From: Octopus bimaculoides
Taxonomy: Eukaryota
Length of the DNA stretch: 64,000 nucleotides
Assembly (NCBI RefSeq): GCF_001194135.2
Contig: NC_068987.1
Coordinates: 49,228,706-49,292,705, forward strand
Reading direction: 5' to 3'
In this document: positions 23,825-36,695 of the stretch, in pieces
Position numbering within the stretch: the first letter of the stretch is position 1
Layout: every line of letters starts with the position of its first letter
Translations under genes and position numbers: made by a program
Notes under the pieces: generated by a model
The model's database searches: none
Seen by the model: the letters and a program-made list of their open reading frames with translations, nothing else
What the model was told of the DNA's origin: nothing

Positions 23825-24015
23825 GACCGTTGACTGAACACTATTCAATTTTTTTTTCTCCGTGTTTTTCTCCTTGTCTCCGTATTCTTTCTGTTGAAGA
23901 GCGTAGCTCGAAACGTCAAAGACTTACCGTATTCCCGAGCATCATACTAATATATACTTTTGTTATTTACACCACCTGTCATCGTCTGTTGTTATTATTT
24001 GTATATTCTCCCATA
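23825..24015 (+). mobile_element. Penelope-like pseudo-LTR fragment; inverted second copy at 54765-54965
   Basis: Two dispersed ~190-bp copies contain the TTGAAGAGCGTAG(G)CTCGAAA(C/T)GTC motif, similar to Penelope-element 3' ends. Confidence 0.6.
23886..23922 (+). ncRNA. Minimal type-I hammerhead ribozyme-like motif (variant core CUGUUGA)
   Basis: Stem I UCUUU/AAAGA, core CUGUUGA+A, stem II GAGC-GUA-GCUC, GAAA, palindromic ACGU stem III, GUC site at 23915-23917. Confidence 0.55.
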
Positions 24016-24504
24016 TATATANNNNNNNNNNNNNNNNNNNNNNNNNNNNNNNNNNNNNNNNNNNNNNNNNNNNNNNNNNNNNNNNNNNNNNNNNNATATA
24101 TATATATATATGTATATATACATACCAGATTGGAGCCTGATGTGGCTTCCTGGCTTGCCAGTCCCCAGTCAAACCGTCCAACCCATGCCAGCATGGAAAA
24201 GGATGTTAAACGATGATGATGATGATGATGAAATAAGTAAGAAGACAAAGAAAATTCTTTAGCACATCTCTAATGAATCATTAGAGATATGTTAAAGAAT
24301 TTTCTTTCTCTTCTTCTTATTGTTATTTAGATTGTTTATTCTTCATTAAACTCACTTTATGGTGTGATTGTCATGAAATTTGAATTTCCTAAACCTGAGG
24401 AATTCAATATTGGCTGGGAACCCAACGCCGTTAATAACCCAATATTCAGGTTGAGTGCTTCTCTGGAAATACCCTAACTTTACACCCAACCAGCAGGATA
24501 TATA

Positions 24505-24910
24505 TATCATCACCATCATCATCATCATTTAATGTCTGTTTTCCATGTGGGCATGGGTTGGATAGTTTGAAGGAGCTGGCCAGCCACAAAGTTGTTCAGG
24601 CTCCAATTGTCTGTTTTTGACATGGTTTCTACAGCTGGATGTCCTTCCTAATGCCAACCACTTTACACAGAGTGTTGGGTGGTTTTTATGTGCAACCAGC
24701 ATGGGTGCTCTTACATGGCCCTGGCATGAGTGCATTTTACGTGGCACTGGAAGACAAAGACCTCTCTGCTAGAATAGGGAGAGGAGGCATGGCCATAAAG
24801 GCACATATATACATATATGTATATATATATATATATATATCATAGCCATGACCATTGCCAGTGTCATGTAAATGGTACCCATGAAATTGTTGTGACCATT
24901 GCCGGTCATG
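24505..24910 (-). mobile_element. RTE-type 3' fragment; another short piece at 24120-24230 (+)
   Basis: (CAT)n tail plus the shared 3' UTR. Confidence 0.7.
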
Positions 24911-26467
24911 TTTACACACAACAATACACGCAAGTAATATATCATTAGAAAAACAGGCAGTGTGTGTATATATATATATAAATAAATAGAGAATATTAAT
25001 ACTCATGAGATATAGTAATGTTAGTGGCTGCNNNNNNNNNNNNNNNNNNNNNNNNNNNNNNNNNNNNNNNNNNNNNNNNNNNNNNNNNNNNNNNNNNNNN
25101 NNNNNNNNNNNNNNNNNNNNNNNNNNNNNNNNNNNNNNNNNNNNNNNNNNNNNNNNNNNNNNNNNNNNNNNNNNNNNNNNNNNNNNNNNNNNNNNNNNNN
25201 NNNNNNNNNNNNNNNNNNNNNNNNNNNNNNNNNNNNNNNNNNNNNNNNNNNNNNNNNNNNNNNNNNNNNNNNNNNNNNNNNNNNNNNNNNNNNNNNNNNN
25301 NNNNNNNNNNNNNNNNNNNNNNNNNNNNNNNNNNNNNNNACATCTTCAAAATGAGTTTCTAAAATGAAATTCCATTATGCAGCTGAGGAGTACATTTTCA
25401 TTGTATTTTCTGTGGTGTTCTCACTACATGAATAAATGGAGCTTGTACGAAACGTACGTACTGCTATAACCTATTGAATTTTTGTTGCTTAACTTCAAAT
25501 TTTATTCACCAAATCTCTTGATTTTGTTTTTGGTTTTTTCCTACCAAATTCTGGTGCCTCAAACATTTTAAGTACCACATTTAATCTTTTGATTAAATCT
25601 ATATTATCATTATATGTATATATATATATATATATATCATAGCCATGACCATTGCCAGTGTCATGTAAATGGTACCCATGAAATTGTTGTGACCATTGCC
25701 GGTCATGTTTACACACAACAATACACGCAAGTAATATATCATTAGAAAAACAGGCAGTGTGTGTATATATATATATAAATAAATAGAGAATATTAATACT
25801 CATGAGATATAGTAATGTTAGTGGCTGCAAGCTAAAACCCTATAGGCAAAATTAATAGATATATAATTAATAGATATATAAAAGAATTATATATAACAAG
25901 AGCACTTTTTTAAAAAACACCAGCTTTGCTAAAATCAGAGTAAACACTCAGAAGCCACAAAAGTTAACACTATATTTTCGCAGGGATGGTTGGAAAAAAA
26001 TTAAGCGAAATAAGTTTGCAGCCACTAACATTAATATATTTCATGAGTATTAATGTTCTTTATTTATTTTTATTAAAAAAATTGTATTCACTTGATTCGT
26101 TTTTCTCAGTGCAGCTTGGGCAGTGAAATGAACACAGGCATTGGTTGAAGTGATATATAAGAGTTTGTTACTAGTAGACTTATTGTTTTTTGGCGTTAAA
26201 TTCGAAATCATGATATCAAGTTAACTGGCATTCCTTCTTGCAATTTTGCGGACATAAGATGCAATCCTTATTTTACTTAATTTTTTTCCAACCATGCCTG
26301 TAAAAATATAGTGTTAACTTTTCTGGCTTCCAAGTGTGTACTCCTATTTTAGCAAAGCTGGTGATTTTAAAAAAGCGCCTCTGTTATATATACACGTAAA
26401 TGTTGAACAATGGGAATGAGCACTCAACACCACATTGGTGGATAGAATTTCTTTATTCATGCATTAA

Positions 26468-26666
26468 GGCTACCATTGGTTTCATATTAAGAAAATTATC
26501 TTAATATCTTAACAATTTTCCAAGTCAGTCACATAGAGGAATAATGTTCATTTCTGTTTTGGAGATGAACACCAAAATAGAAACTAACACCATTCCTCCA
26601 TGTGATTGGCTTGAAAAATTGTTAAGATATTAAGATATTTTTCTTAACATGAAACCGATGGTAGCC
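26468..26666. mobile_element. PIF/Harbinger-like MITE (199 bp)
   Basis: TIRs GGCTACCATTGGTTTCATATTAAGAAAA / TTTTCTTAACATGAAACCGATGGTAGCC, with further sub-terminal symmetry; TAA left flank, TTG right flank. Confidence 0.75.
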
Positions 26667-26685
26667 TTGCTCCAGTATGATATCT

Positions 26686-26729
<44 letters not shown>

Positions 26730-27238
26730 NNNNNNNNNNNNNNNNNNNNNNNNNNNNNNNNNNNNNNNNNNNNNNNNNNNNNNNNNNNNNNNNNNNNNNN
26801 NNNNNNNNNNNNNNNNNNNNNNNNNNNNNNNNNNNNNNNNNNNNNNNNNNNNNNNNNNNNNNNNNNNNNNNNNNNNNNNNNNNNNNNNNNNNNNNNNNNN
26901 NNNNNNNNNNNNNNNNNNNNNNNNNNNNNNNNNNNNNNNNNNNNNNNNNNNNNNNNNNNNNNNNNNNNNNNNNNNNNNNNNNNNNNNNNNNNNNNNNNNN
27001 NNNNNNNNNNNNNNNNNNNNNNNNNNNNNNNNNNNNNNNNNNNNNNNNNNNNNNNNNNNNNNNNNNNNNNNNNNNNNNNNNGGTGCCACGCAGTGGGACT
27101 GAACCCGGAACCATGTGGTTGGTAAGCAAGCTACTTACCACACAGCCACTCCTTCGCCTATAGAAGACACTTGCCCAAGGTGCCACGCAGTGGGACTGAA
27201 CCCGGAACCATGTGGTTGGTAAGCAAGCTACTTACCAC

Positions 27239-27269
<31 letters not shown>

Positions 27270-27292
27270 CATACATACATATATATATATAT

Positions 27293-28400
27293 AAAAGCAA
27301 AGTTTGAAGAAAATATTGGCCATTTTTCATACTTTCTTGGGGTAAGTAAATAGGAAATAACAGTTGCTACCCAAGGACAAAAATCGTATTCTACAATGTT
27401 ATCGACATACTATGCTGAATGTTTTAACAATTTAATTTAATTTAATTAACGGGAAGTGATGGCCAACTCTGCCATATCTACTTACATACACATGCATTTT
27501 ATTTTCTGTCAGATGAAATGACAAACAGGTTGGCTTCATAGTCATCAGGAAATAGGATTGGCAGTTAGTCACAAATACTAAGGCTTTTCCTGGTGAGTCA
27601 CATATATATGACATCCCAAACCTCTTCTCATCATCAGTAATGACAGGTGTGCAAACTATCATTTCATATGCACTTTCTCATAAAAACATTTTAATTTCTC
27701 CTGACACAACCTTACAATAGAGAACTCCTCCCACCTCTGTTCCTTTCATCACAGAACATTGGCAAACCTTTTACTTTTAGCTTATCTCCATGACATGGAT
27801 ACCTAATGTCTAGTATCTCTTCTAGCAACCAGATAGTCTTCCTTGCTTCTAATACTTCTAGGCTTGTCACCTTGGTTAGAATATTGCTGCAACCACAGAT
27901 CTCTGGCATCTCTGGTCTACAACAGATTGTTTCACAAAAACTCCAAACTGTCCTTCTGTTTGTCATATGCTTCAACTAGTGCTACTGTGAAGCTGTTTGA
28001 TCGCAGGATATTTCAACCTCCTTAACTTGCTTCTCCAAACTATTTCGTGTTTCTGAGTTTTTTCAGCTCTCACTCTGCTGTCCCTCATCACAAGTCTTTG
28101 TTGAGTGACTCACCAGGAAAAGCCTTAGTATTTGTGACTAACTGCCTATCCTATTTCCTGATGAGTATGAAGCCAACCTGTTTGGCATTTTATCTGACAG
28201 AAAATAAAATACATGTGTATGTAAGTAGATATGGCAGAGTTGGTCATCACTTCCCAATTAAATTGTTAAAACATCCAGCATAGTATGTTGATAACATTGT
28301 ATAATACGATTTTTGTCCTTGGGTAGCAACAGTTATTTCCTATTTACTTACCCCAAGAAAGTATGAAAAATGGCTAATATTTTCTTCAAACTTTGCTTTT
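27293..28400. repeat. ~300-bp inverted repeat pair (27293-27601 / 28105-28400) around a ~500-bp spacer
   Basis: The arms are reverse complements along their length, with scattered mismatches and small indels. Confidence 0.9.
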
Positions 28401-29477
28401 GTTACATTTATTCACACCCCAAAGAATCCCTCTCAACATCTGGTTATATGATGCTCCCCCATTGCTCCTGCTCATGATACACATATTGTCATCCACTAAG
28501 GGACATGCTCAAGTGGTTAAGATCAAGCAACTGTGGTACTGAGCAGAATATTTGCTATAGCAATATTTCTGCTTCAGCAGCTCAACACTTGAATGTGTCT
28601 GAAATGTAGTGGAAAATAAGTCAGTTTCAAAACATTGATGTCCATGTTGCAAAAATAAAGTTTGAAGGAAATAGTAGTCATTTCCTTTGATTTCTAGATA
28701 GAAACAAATAGGAAATAACACTTATTGACCAAAGACAAAAAAAAAAAAATTATTTTGTTACACAGTGCAATAGCACTTTTTCTCCAAACCATTGGACAAT
28801 CCCTCTAAACACATGGCTTATATTTTATCACAGAGATGTGAGTTTGAGTCTCATGGCTGGCCAGTAGCATATTTTTCTGCAATAAATGGATATCCTGATC
28901 ACGCTATTTATAGCATTATCATGCGTTTGAGAAATAAATTTATTTCAGTTCTTAAATTTTATGTTTTATAATCTTTCTTATATTTAATAATCTTTCCCAA
29001 AATACAATTGAAGCATTGCACAACTTGTGTAAGGTAATGTAGTTATAGTCTTTGTTATGATTCATTGGCATCACCTTACATATTTTGTCTACCTTGTCAC
29101 TTGCATTGTTTAAAGGATTTCAAAAATATTTATATCATAATACATCCCCAATTATATTCTAAAATGCTGCTATATCGTTAATCTTTGATAATATTTATAC
29201 ACATCTCCTGACCTTTCAAACCACTTCCATTGGTTCACTCCTGAGACTGATATACTAAAGTTATTTACAGTGAATTATGCACCACACCTATCTAATTTTG
29301 CCATGAAACCCAAACTGTTTGTTTTAAGTTAATCACATAAAGCAGATACTCTCTTTTCTGTGAAGTAAATCCTGAGTTTTCCTCAAAGTGTATGTATACT
29401 TATATGTATGTGTGTTTGTCAGTGTGATTATGTATGTATGAGTGTTGTAGAAATCTAATCTATTTTGTGTGTGTGTG

Positions 29478-29519
<42 letters not shown>

Positions 29520-30330
29520 TTGCAGTAAATTAAGTCAAGAATGTTAAGTGTAATAGGAAAAGTTACGATAAAATGATGCCCTTTAGTGTGGAAGTATTCC
29601 TTTCAGTTATTAATATACAGGGAAAGGAAATAAAACAACCAACACAACAAAAACTCTGAGAACAACTTTTAAACTGATTAAGAGTGTCTAAAAACAGAAA
29701 TGACTTCAGTGAGAAATTATGTTGTTTGTGAAGAGTTTAATTGATTAGATTTTAACAGTAAACCAAAATAGAATTTAGATAAAGAACCAATGGAGTATTT
29801 TATATTCCGAGAAGAAATCCGTGATTACTAAACAAAAAGTTATAAAATGTTCCCTTTGTCCTTTGTCTATATTTTCTATCTCTGGCTCCATCTCTTTGTC
29901 TCTGAGCTCTCCCAGTTTTCTCAGAATTTCTACTTTATCTAAGGAAATGAAGAATACAAGTCTTATGCAGCGTTCAGGAATTGAAACACAATACATATGT
30001 TAACATAGCTATTATTGTTGTTTAAATTTAAGTGAACTTTGTTTGAATATTTCCACTAAAGTTTACTGGTGGGGGCATATCAATAAATTTTAGGTGTCAC
30101 TCATCATCACCATCATCATTTTAATGTCCACTTTTCTATTCTTACTTGGGTCCGATGGAGTTTATTAAGGGAGATTTTCTACAGCTAAATGTTGCTAGTC
30201 CTTACCTGTTTCTAAGCAGCAAGGTTATATTTCCCCCTGGTCAGACATTTTTTCTGTGAATATTGGAAATGAATGACACTGCTTGTATGACAATAATATT
30301 TGTTTGTAACTATGATTCAATGTGAAGAGG

Positions 30331-30363
<33 letters not shown>

Positions 30364-30364
30364 T

Positions 30365-30785
30365 CAATCATCAATTATCATTCATTATCAACATTTTACA
30401 TGCTGGCATGAGTTGGACAGCTTGACAGGGACCAGTAAGGCCAAGGACCACACCAGGTTCTATAGTCTCTTTTGGCTTGGTTTCTATAGCTGGATGCCCT
30501 TCCTAATGCCAAGTACCCCACAAAGTGTATTAGGTGCTTTATATGTGACACCAGCACCAGTGCTTTTTATATGGCTCCAGCACCCACATCAATGCTTTTT
30601 AAATGACACCTTGGTTTTAGGATCTTAATTATCTTGTGGTGGGCAGATCTCCTCAAGTACAGCAATGCACCACATATTTCAATCCTTTGTCATCTCCTTC
30701 ACAAGGTTCAGTGTTTTGAGATCAATCTTCAATACTTCGTTGCATGTCTTTCTGGGTCTCCCTCTTCCACAAATTCCCTCCACTT
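30365..30785 (-). mobile_element. RTE-type LINE 3' fragment
   Basis: Shared 3' UTR and the GRGRPRKTCNEVLKIDL C-terminus on the minus strand. Confidence 0.7.
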
Positions 30786-31309
30786 ACATACATACATACA
30801 TATGTATGTATGGTATACTATGCTATGCTTCTTTCAGTTTCCATCTACCAAATATACACGAAGATTTTGGTTGGCATGGGTTACAGTTGAATACATTTGC
30901 CCAACATGCCCCACAGTGGACATGAACCCATATCATATGGTTGGAAAGCAAATTTCTTAACCACAGAGCCATTCCTGCACCTTAAATTTACTGGATACAT
31001 AAGACAATTGTAAATGTCTATCATGTTTACTATAGACAGGGACACTGGGTTTGACTGAATGTTGTCATTCCAAATACTCTTATATTCTCTTCAGTAACTG
31101 GTTACCCTACAATAACTGCCACTGGGAAATTATATTTAAAGCTGCTATTGTTACATTTATAACTAGCACTATAGCATTTAAACTGGCCATATCCAACCCA
31201 AATACGCTATCTGTGTTATGCTATTTTAATTTCAAACCAGATTCGTCTGTCTTCTCATACCTACTCTACAATGTCATTCTTAAAATAAACAATCACATCC
31301 ATCAACTGC

Positions 31310-32317
31310 CAATGGGGCAAGCTAGAGGTAGTAGATAGTTTCTGTCATCTAGGTGACCAAGTTAGTAGTGGAGGTGGATGCTCCAAGAGTGTAGCTGTGA
31401 GAATAAGATTAGGATGGGCAAAATTCAGAGAACTCCTACCCCTGTAGGTAACAAGGAGCCTCTCTCTCAAAGTGAAAGTCAGATTGCTTGATGCCTGTGT
31501 GCAAACAGCTATGCTACATGGCAGTGAAACATGGGCTATGACAGCCAAAGACATGCATAGGCTTGAAAGAAATGAAGCCAGTATGCTTTGCTGGATGTGT
31601 AATATCAGTATGCATGTTTGACAGAGTGTAAGCATCTTGAGAGAAAAGTTAGGCATAAGAAGCATCAGATGTGGTGTGCAAGAGAAATGACTGTGCCGGT
31701 ATGGTCATGTAATACATATGGACGAGGACAGCTGTGTAAAGAAGGGCCGATCTCTAACTGTAGAGGGAACCTGTGTTAGAGGTAATGAAGCATGATCTTC
31801 AAATTTTGAGCCTCACAGAGGCAATGACTAATGACCAAGACCATTGGCAATGTGCTGTGCTTGAGAGGACCCATCAAGCTAAGTACATCCATGCTGGTGG
31901 CATGGAAAGAACACCTTTCCAGCATTGGGCCTCACAGAGGCAAAGTGATTGAGTTCCTTTCACGTGTTGAACCTCATAGAGGCAATGACCGAGACCTTTG
32001 GCATTGTTGTGCTTGAAAAGAAGACGCATCAAGCTGAGCAAAATCACAGTCATGGCAGATACTGGTATCATGCAAATTGGCACCCATGCTACTGGCACAT
32101 AAAAGCACCCTAGTGTCATGCAAATGGCACCCGTGCTGGTGGAACGTAAAAGCATCCATTACACTCTTGGAGTGGTTGGCATTAGGAAGGGCATCCAGCT
32201 ATAAAAACCATACCAAATCAGACTGGAGTCTGGTGCAACCTTCCAGCATGCCAGCCTGGTTAAACCATCCAACCCATGCCAGCATGGACAATGGACACTA
32301 AATGATAAGGATGATGA
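31310..32317 (+). mobile_element. 5'-truncated RTE-type LINE (RT C-terminus, 3' UTR, tail)
   Basis: KLEVVDSFCHLGDQVSSGGGC...RIRLGWAKFRELLPL...AMLHGSETWAMT...RLERNEASMLCWMCN...YGHV; internal stops; (GAT)n tail. Confidence 0.9.
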
Positions 32318-32881
32318 GCAGGACATTCACTAAATCTTGAAGCTATAAGATAATGCATGATTAATTCAAAACAAAGTGAATAAATAAGCATTATATTTTT
32401 TGCCAAAGTAATCTGAAATGCTATCTGACATATTTTCAGCTAATTAGTTCTGTCATGTAAATTATTGATGTCACAGCAGCATTTATTTGAAATACTGATG
32501 AGAGTATAAAACTACTCAGAGCAGCATTGTCAAACTGATCCTTCTTTTACTGTCCATAGTAAGATTGAATAAACATAATAAATATTTACAACGGTTTTAT
32601 GTACTTTGTAAATTTGGTCACAAATTTTGGCACAAGGTCAGTAAATTTGGGGGCGGAGGGGAGAACAATTATATCGTCTTCAGTGCTCAACTGGTACTTG
32701 TTTTATCAACCTGAAAGGATGAAAGGTAAAGTCGATCTCAGTAGAAATATATATCTTGTAAATTTATTTAATTTACAAAGGCAGCAACTGCTAAAATCTA
32801 TGAGTATATCCACTAAAGTTTATTGTGGTGGGCAGAAGGTTCTATCAATAAATTTTAGCTGTCACTCATTGTCATCATCAG

Positions 32882-32914
<33 letters not shown>

Positions 32915-33739
32915 TTTACTATCCACTTTTCTATTTTTGTATGGATCAGATGGAGTTTACTAAGGGAGATTTTCTACAGCTGAATGTTCTTATTGCTAAC
33001 CTTCGCCTGTTTCTAAGCAGCAAGGTAACATTTCACCATGGCCAGATATGTTTTCAGTGAATACTGGAAATGACTGACACTGCTCGTATGACTAACATCC
33101 ATTTACAACTATGATTCAGAGTGAAAAGGATACCCAAACACACAGAAATATATACACACACATACACGTGTGTGTGTATAGATAGGTAGATATACATATA
33201 CATATATATATATTTACACACACACAGACACAACACATATGGCATACTCCTTTCAGTTTCTGTCTACCAAATCCATTGCAACTCTTTGGTTGGCCTCTGT
33301 TATAGTGAATACATTTGTCCAACATCTCTCTGAGTGAGGTATGTAAGCTAAGTAGACTTTAGTGTGAAAATTAAATACTATTGACATTTCAGTAATATAC
33401 ATAGCCTATACTCTCATGGTCAAAGGTGTTTGGATTACAATATTACAATGCTGAACCCTTTATCTGATGTAGTTCTTTGAGAATACACAATCCAATAGAT
33501 CCTTCTTCTTATAAGATGGCAGTGTGTGATATTAAGGAGATTTAGCTGCTGTCTCAAGGAAGTAATGTGACCACATAGTTTACTCTGTTGGCTCAGTTAA
33601 CATAATTTCAAACACTGTGTCTTTTAGTGCAATGAAACATGTGGCTTCCTGTAGTTTTGAATGGAAATATGACACAAAAATAATGTAAAATGAACAAGGG
33701 AAAAAAAGAAATCCAAAGAAAAACAACATTATGCAGAAT

Positions 33740-35539
33740 ATTTTATTTCACTTTTCAAAACCACATGTGTTCATTTCCTTAAAAAATACAGAATTTCAGA
33801 ATATCTCTGATGGAAAAAGAAAATTAAAGAAAAAATACTGATTTCTGAAGCTAAATGCACTGTTCAATAATCATAAATGAGCAGGGTATGTATTTGTGTA
33901 TACATGTGTGTGTGTATTTAAGTATGTATGTTTGTATGTATGTGTCCATATGTGTGTTTGAAAGAATTTTGCCACTGGCCTTCGTTGTTTATTTATTTAG
34001 AGGATAATTAAGATCTTCAATTTCATCCAATGCAAGACTTTATTTGTAGAGAAGTGTACCCCAATATTGATTACAAAAGAAAAAGCAAAGCAAAACGAAA
34101 ATAAAAACAAACAAAAAACATTCTATAATAATTTAATGATTGCAAAGAGGGGCAAAATAATTAAGTGACTAGGATAAAATAAAATTTTTAAAATATCTAT
34201 AAAAATGTGAGAATTAAGGAAGCTTTGCTGATTTCTGGTAGAAAGAAAAACCTGTCAACTGAAGCTGTAATTTGCAGCATATTGGAAACAATTAAAAATA
34301 AACTTTAATCTGTTCACAAACAACAATAATCCATAGATCCAGTTTCCAGGCCTTCTATGTGTTGTGTTAAGCAACTGAGAGACAAATAAACTTCTGTTGA
34401 GAGAATTCTTGTCTGTTGTTTTTGTTGTTATTGTTGTTATTATTATTATCATCATGATTATCATCATCATCATCGTCGTCGTCGTCATCATCATCTCTGT
34501 TCTGATATGTTGCCAAAAAAAACAGAAGAGTCCTTTGACTTGCTTCTGCTACATTCTTCACATCAATGTCTGTTACTCTCCAGACATTCCTTTAACAGCT
34601 GTAACCAGCCAGCCAGCAAGTTAAACTTCAGAGAGTTAAAACATGAATTCTTTCAATTTGGAATATGAAGAAGATATTCTGAGCAAGAAATATTAGAAGT
34701 CTCATTTATGTGCCCAAATAATTTTTTCATTGGCAAATGTTTTATTCTATTTGATGATTTAGTATAATTATTCCATTTATTCTATGGAAGCAAATGCTAC
34801 GTCTTACAAATGTGTATCAAAACCCTTCTTCAGTTTGAACCTAGACTGTTTTCTCTCCAATTATAAGATTTTTACAAACAAAAGTAGGATCTTTCAAACT
34901 GTGTAATGACAGCATCAAAAAATTAACCAATGAAGCTTAACAGCTACACATAGTAGCAAACAACAAGCAGAAAGACAGACAGGAGTGAGTCATATAGTCA
35001 AATAAGAGAGGACTGAACAGTCACACATCACATCAGATACTGTTGAGTAGTGGATGATGTAAATGACTGAAATTGCTACTAATCTGGTGCGATCACTTGC
35101 ATTCAGATTTTGAACTTGTATACAGGATGTGCAGCTAGCCATGATAACAGAGCACCAGTCTACCTCTACTGACTGAAACCTTGATGTGTCCAGTACTTCA
35201 TTGATATTGATACATCACTGCATTGCAATACATCCAAGGCAAAAGACACTTAACTTGAAACGGCTTAGTTTACTCAGTTTCAAACAGGTAAATTAAGGAG
35301 TTACCTTTTCCAGTTGTACTTAGCAAGAACATCATAATGTTGGCAACTATTTCGTAAAACTTCATGGTAGACTCTCATGGCAAGAAAAATAATTTGGAGG
35401 TGAAATGTCTCTCACATGCTAACAGCTTTGAAAACTGGGGTAAGATCCAGCACACTGTAACACCTTCAGATAAAGGTGAATTATAAGGAAAATGAGCAAG
35501 AGAAAAAAAAAATGTCACTTCACCCATAACAGACACTGT

Positions 35540-35588
<49 letters not shown>

Positions 35589-35768
35589 TATGTACTCATT
35601 AGCCCTAATCTCCACCAAATACATTCCAAATTTGCTCCAAAAAGGCATTACTCATAATAAAAAAGATGTCATTTTAGTGCAGATCTTTGTGATTTGTCTT
35701 ATCCATGCATAATTAATAAGTAGTAAAAGCATGTAGATATTTGTATGTATGTGTGTCCATATACATAT

Positions 35769-35806
<38 letters not shown>

Positions 35807-36573
35807 TCACATACATGCTATACACATTGACACATATAAGCAGTTATATATATAAATATATATATGTATATAAAATATATATATCTATGCATAGATCAAA
35901 TAACTCTGGAGAAGAAAAAGAGCTTTTAATGTTAGGATCTGGAGGGGAATGTCTGGATAGGGTGTGCTTGTGTATGTATATAACAAAACAGATAAGAAAG
36001 GCATGTCCTTAGTTTAATGAACCACACCTTTTCGAGGAAGTTATAAGACAAAGAATTTATACACACACTTGTGCACACATACACATTCAGAAACAGACTA
36101 ACATACATACTTCATTCACATCTTCGCATATGCATACACAAACACACACCAGACATTTAGCTATCTGAAAACATCCCCACCAACCACCCCAACAACAACA
36201 ACAACAACAAAAATCCCTAAATAATGTAATTTTGATCCAAAAACAGTCCATAAAAAAAAAAAAAATTCTTTCCAGAAATAGTGGAAGGAGTTCAAATGAG
36301 AACAAATCTGTAAATTGCAAATCCTTGGTAATTAAAAAGGAAGAAAAAAAAACAACAGTTATTAAGAGGAGATATAAGCCAAAGTTTGTGTCAGTTGCTC
36401 TGGTGGATACACACACACAAAGGATGTGTGTATTAACGGAATAGTGGATCATAACTGGTTTATTTCTTTACAAACATGTCAGGGGTAGGCTGAGGTTGAG
36501 TATTCTACAAACAGAAGCAATCAACAGGTATTCTTCTTTTCAGAAGAAAAGAATATAGGACTTTCTTCAGTGT
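33740..36573 (-). other. Putative 3' UTR of the PDZ-LIM gene (extent uncertain)
   Basis: SINE-free stretch downstream of the stop; minus-strand AATAAA at 36459-36464 (followed by a GT-rich tract) and at 34039, 33988-33997 and 33742. Confidence 0.35.
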
Positions 36574-36577
36574 TTAC
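36574..36577 (-). CDS. PDLIM3-like: Probable last coding exon of the PDZ-LIM gene (completes Arg codon, then TAA)
   Basis: Strong acceptor TTTTCTCTCTTTTACTTTTTCTTTTTATACAG|G TAA; the phase matches the phase-2 donor at 37933, giving AG|G TAA = R*. Confidence 0.6.
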
Positions 36578-36695
36578 CTGTATAAAAAGAAAAAGTAAAA
36601 GAGAGAAAATGAGTAAAAGGCAAGTTTGATTTCTTGGTTAAACAAAAATATGTACTGTTAATTTCTTAAGAATTTAGAAACTTTGAGAGATAGGG

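Noticed and set aside
27712-27975. 87-aa ORF in the spacer of the large inverted repeat as a transposase
   Set aside because: No DDE or other motif recognised; neighbouring frames are full of stops.
10000-33700. Additional LIM exons of a long Enigma-type isoform
   Set aside because: Searched by eye on the minus strand and found no C-x2-C...H-x2-C pattern between splice sites; small exons could have been missed.
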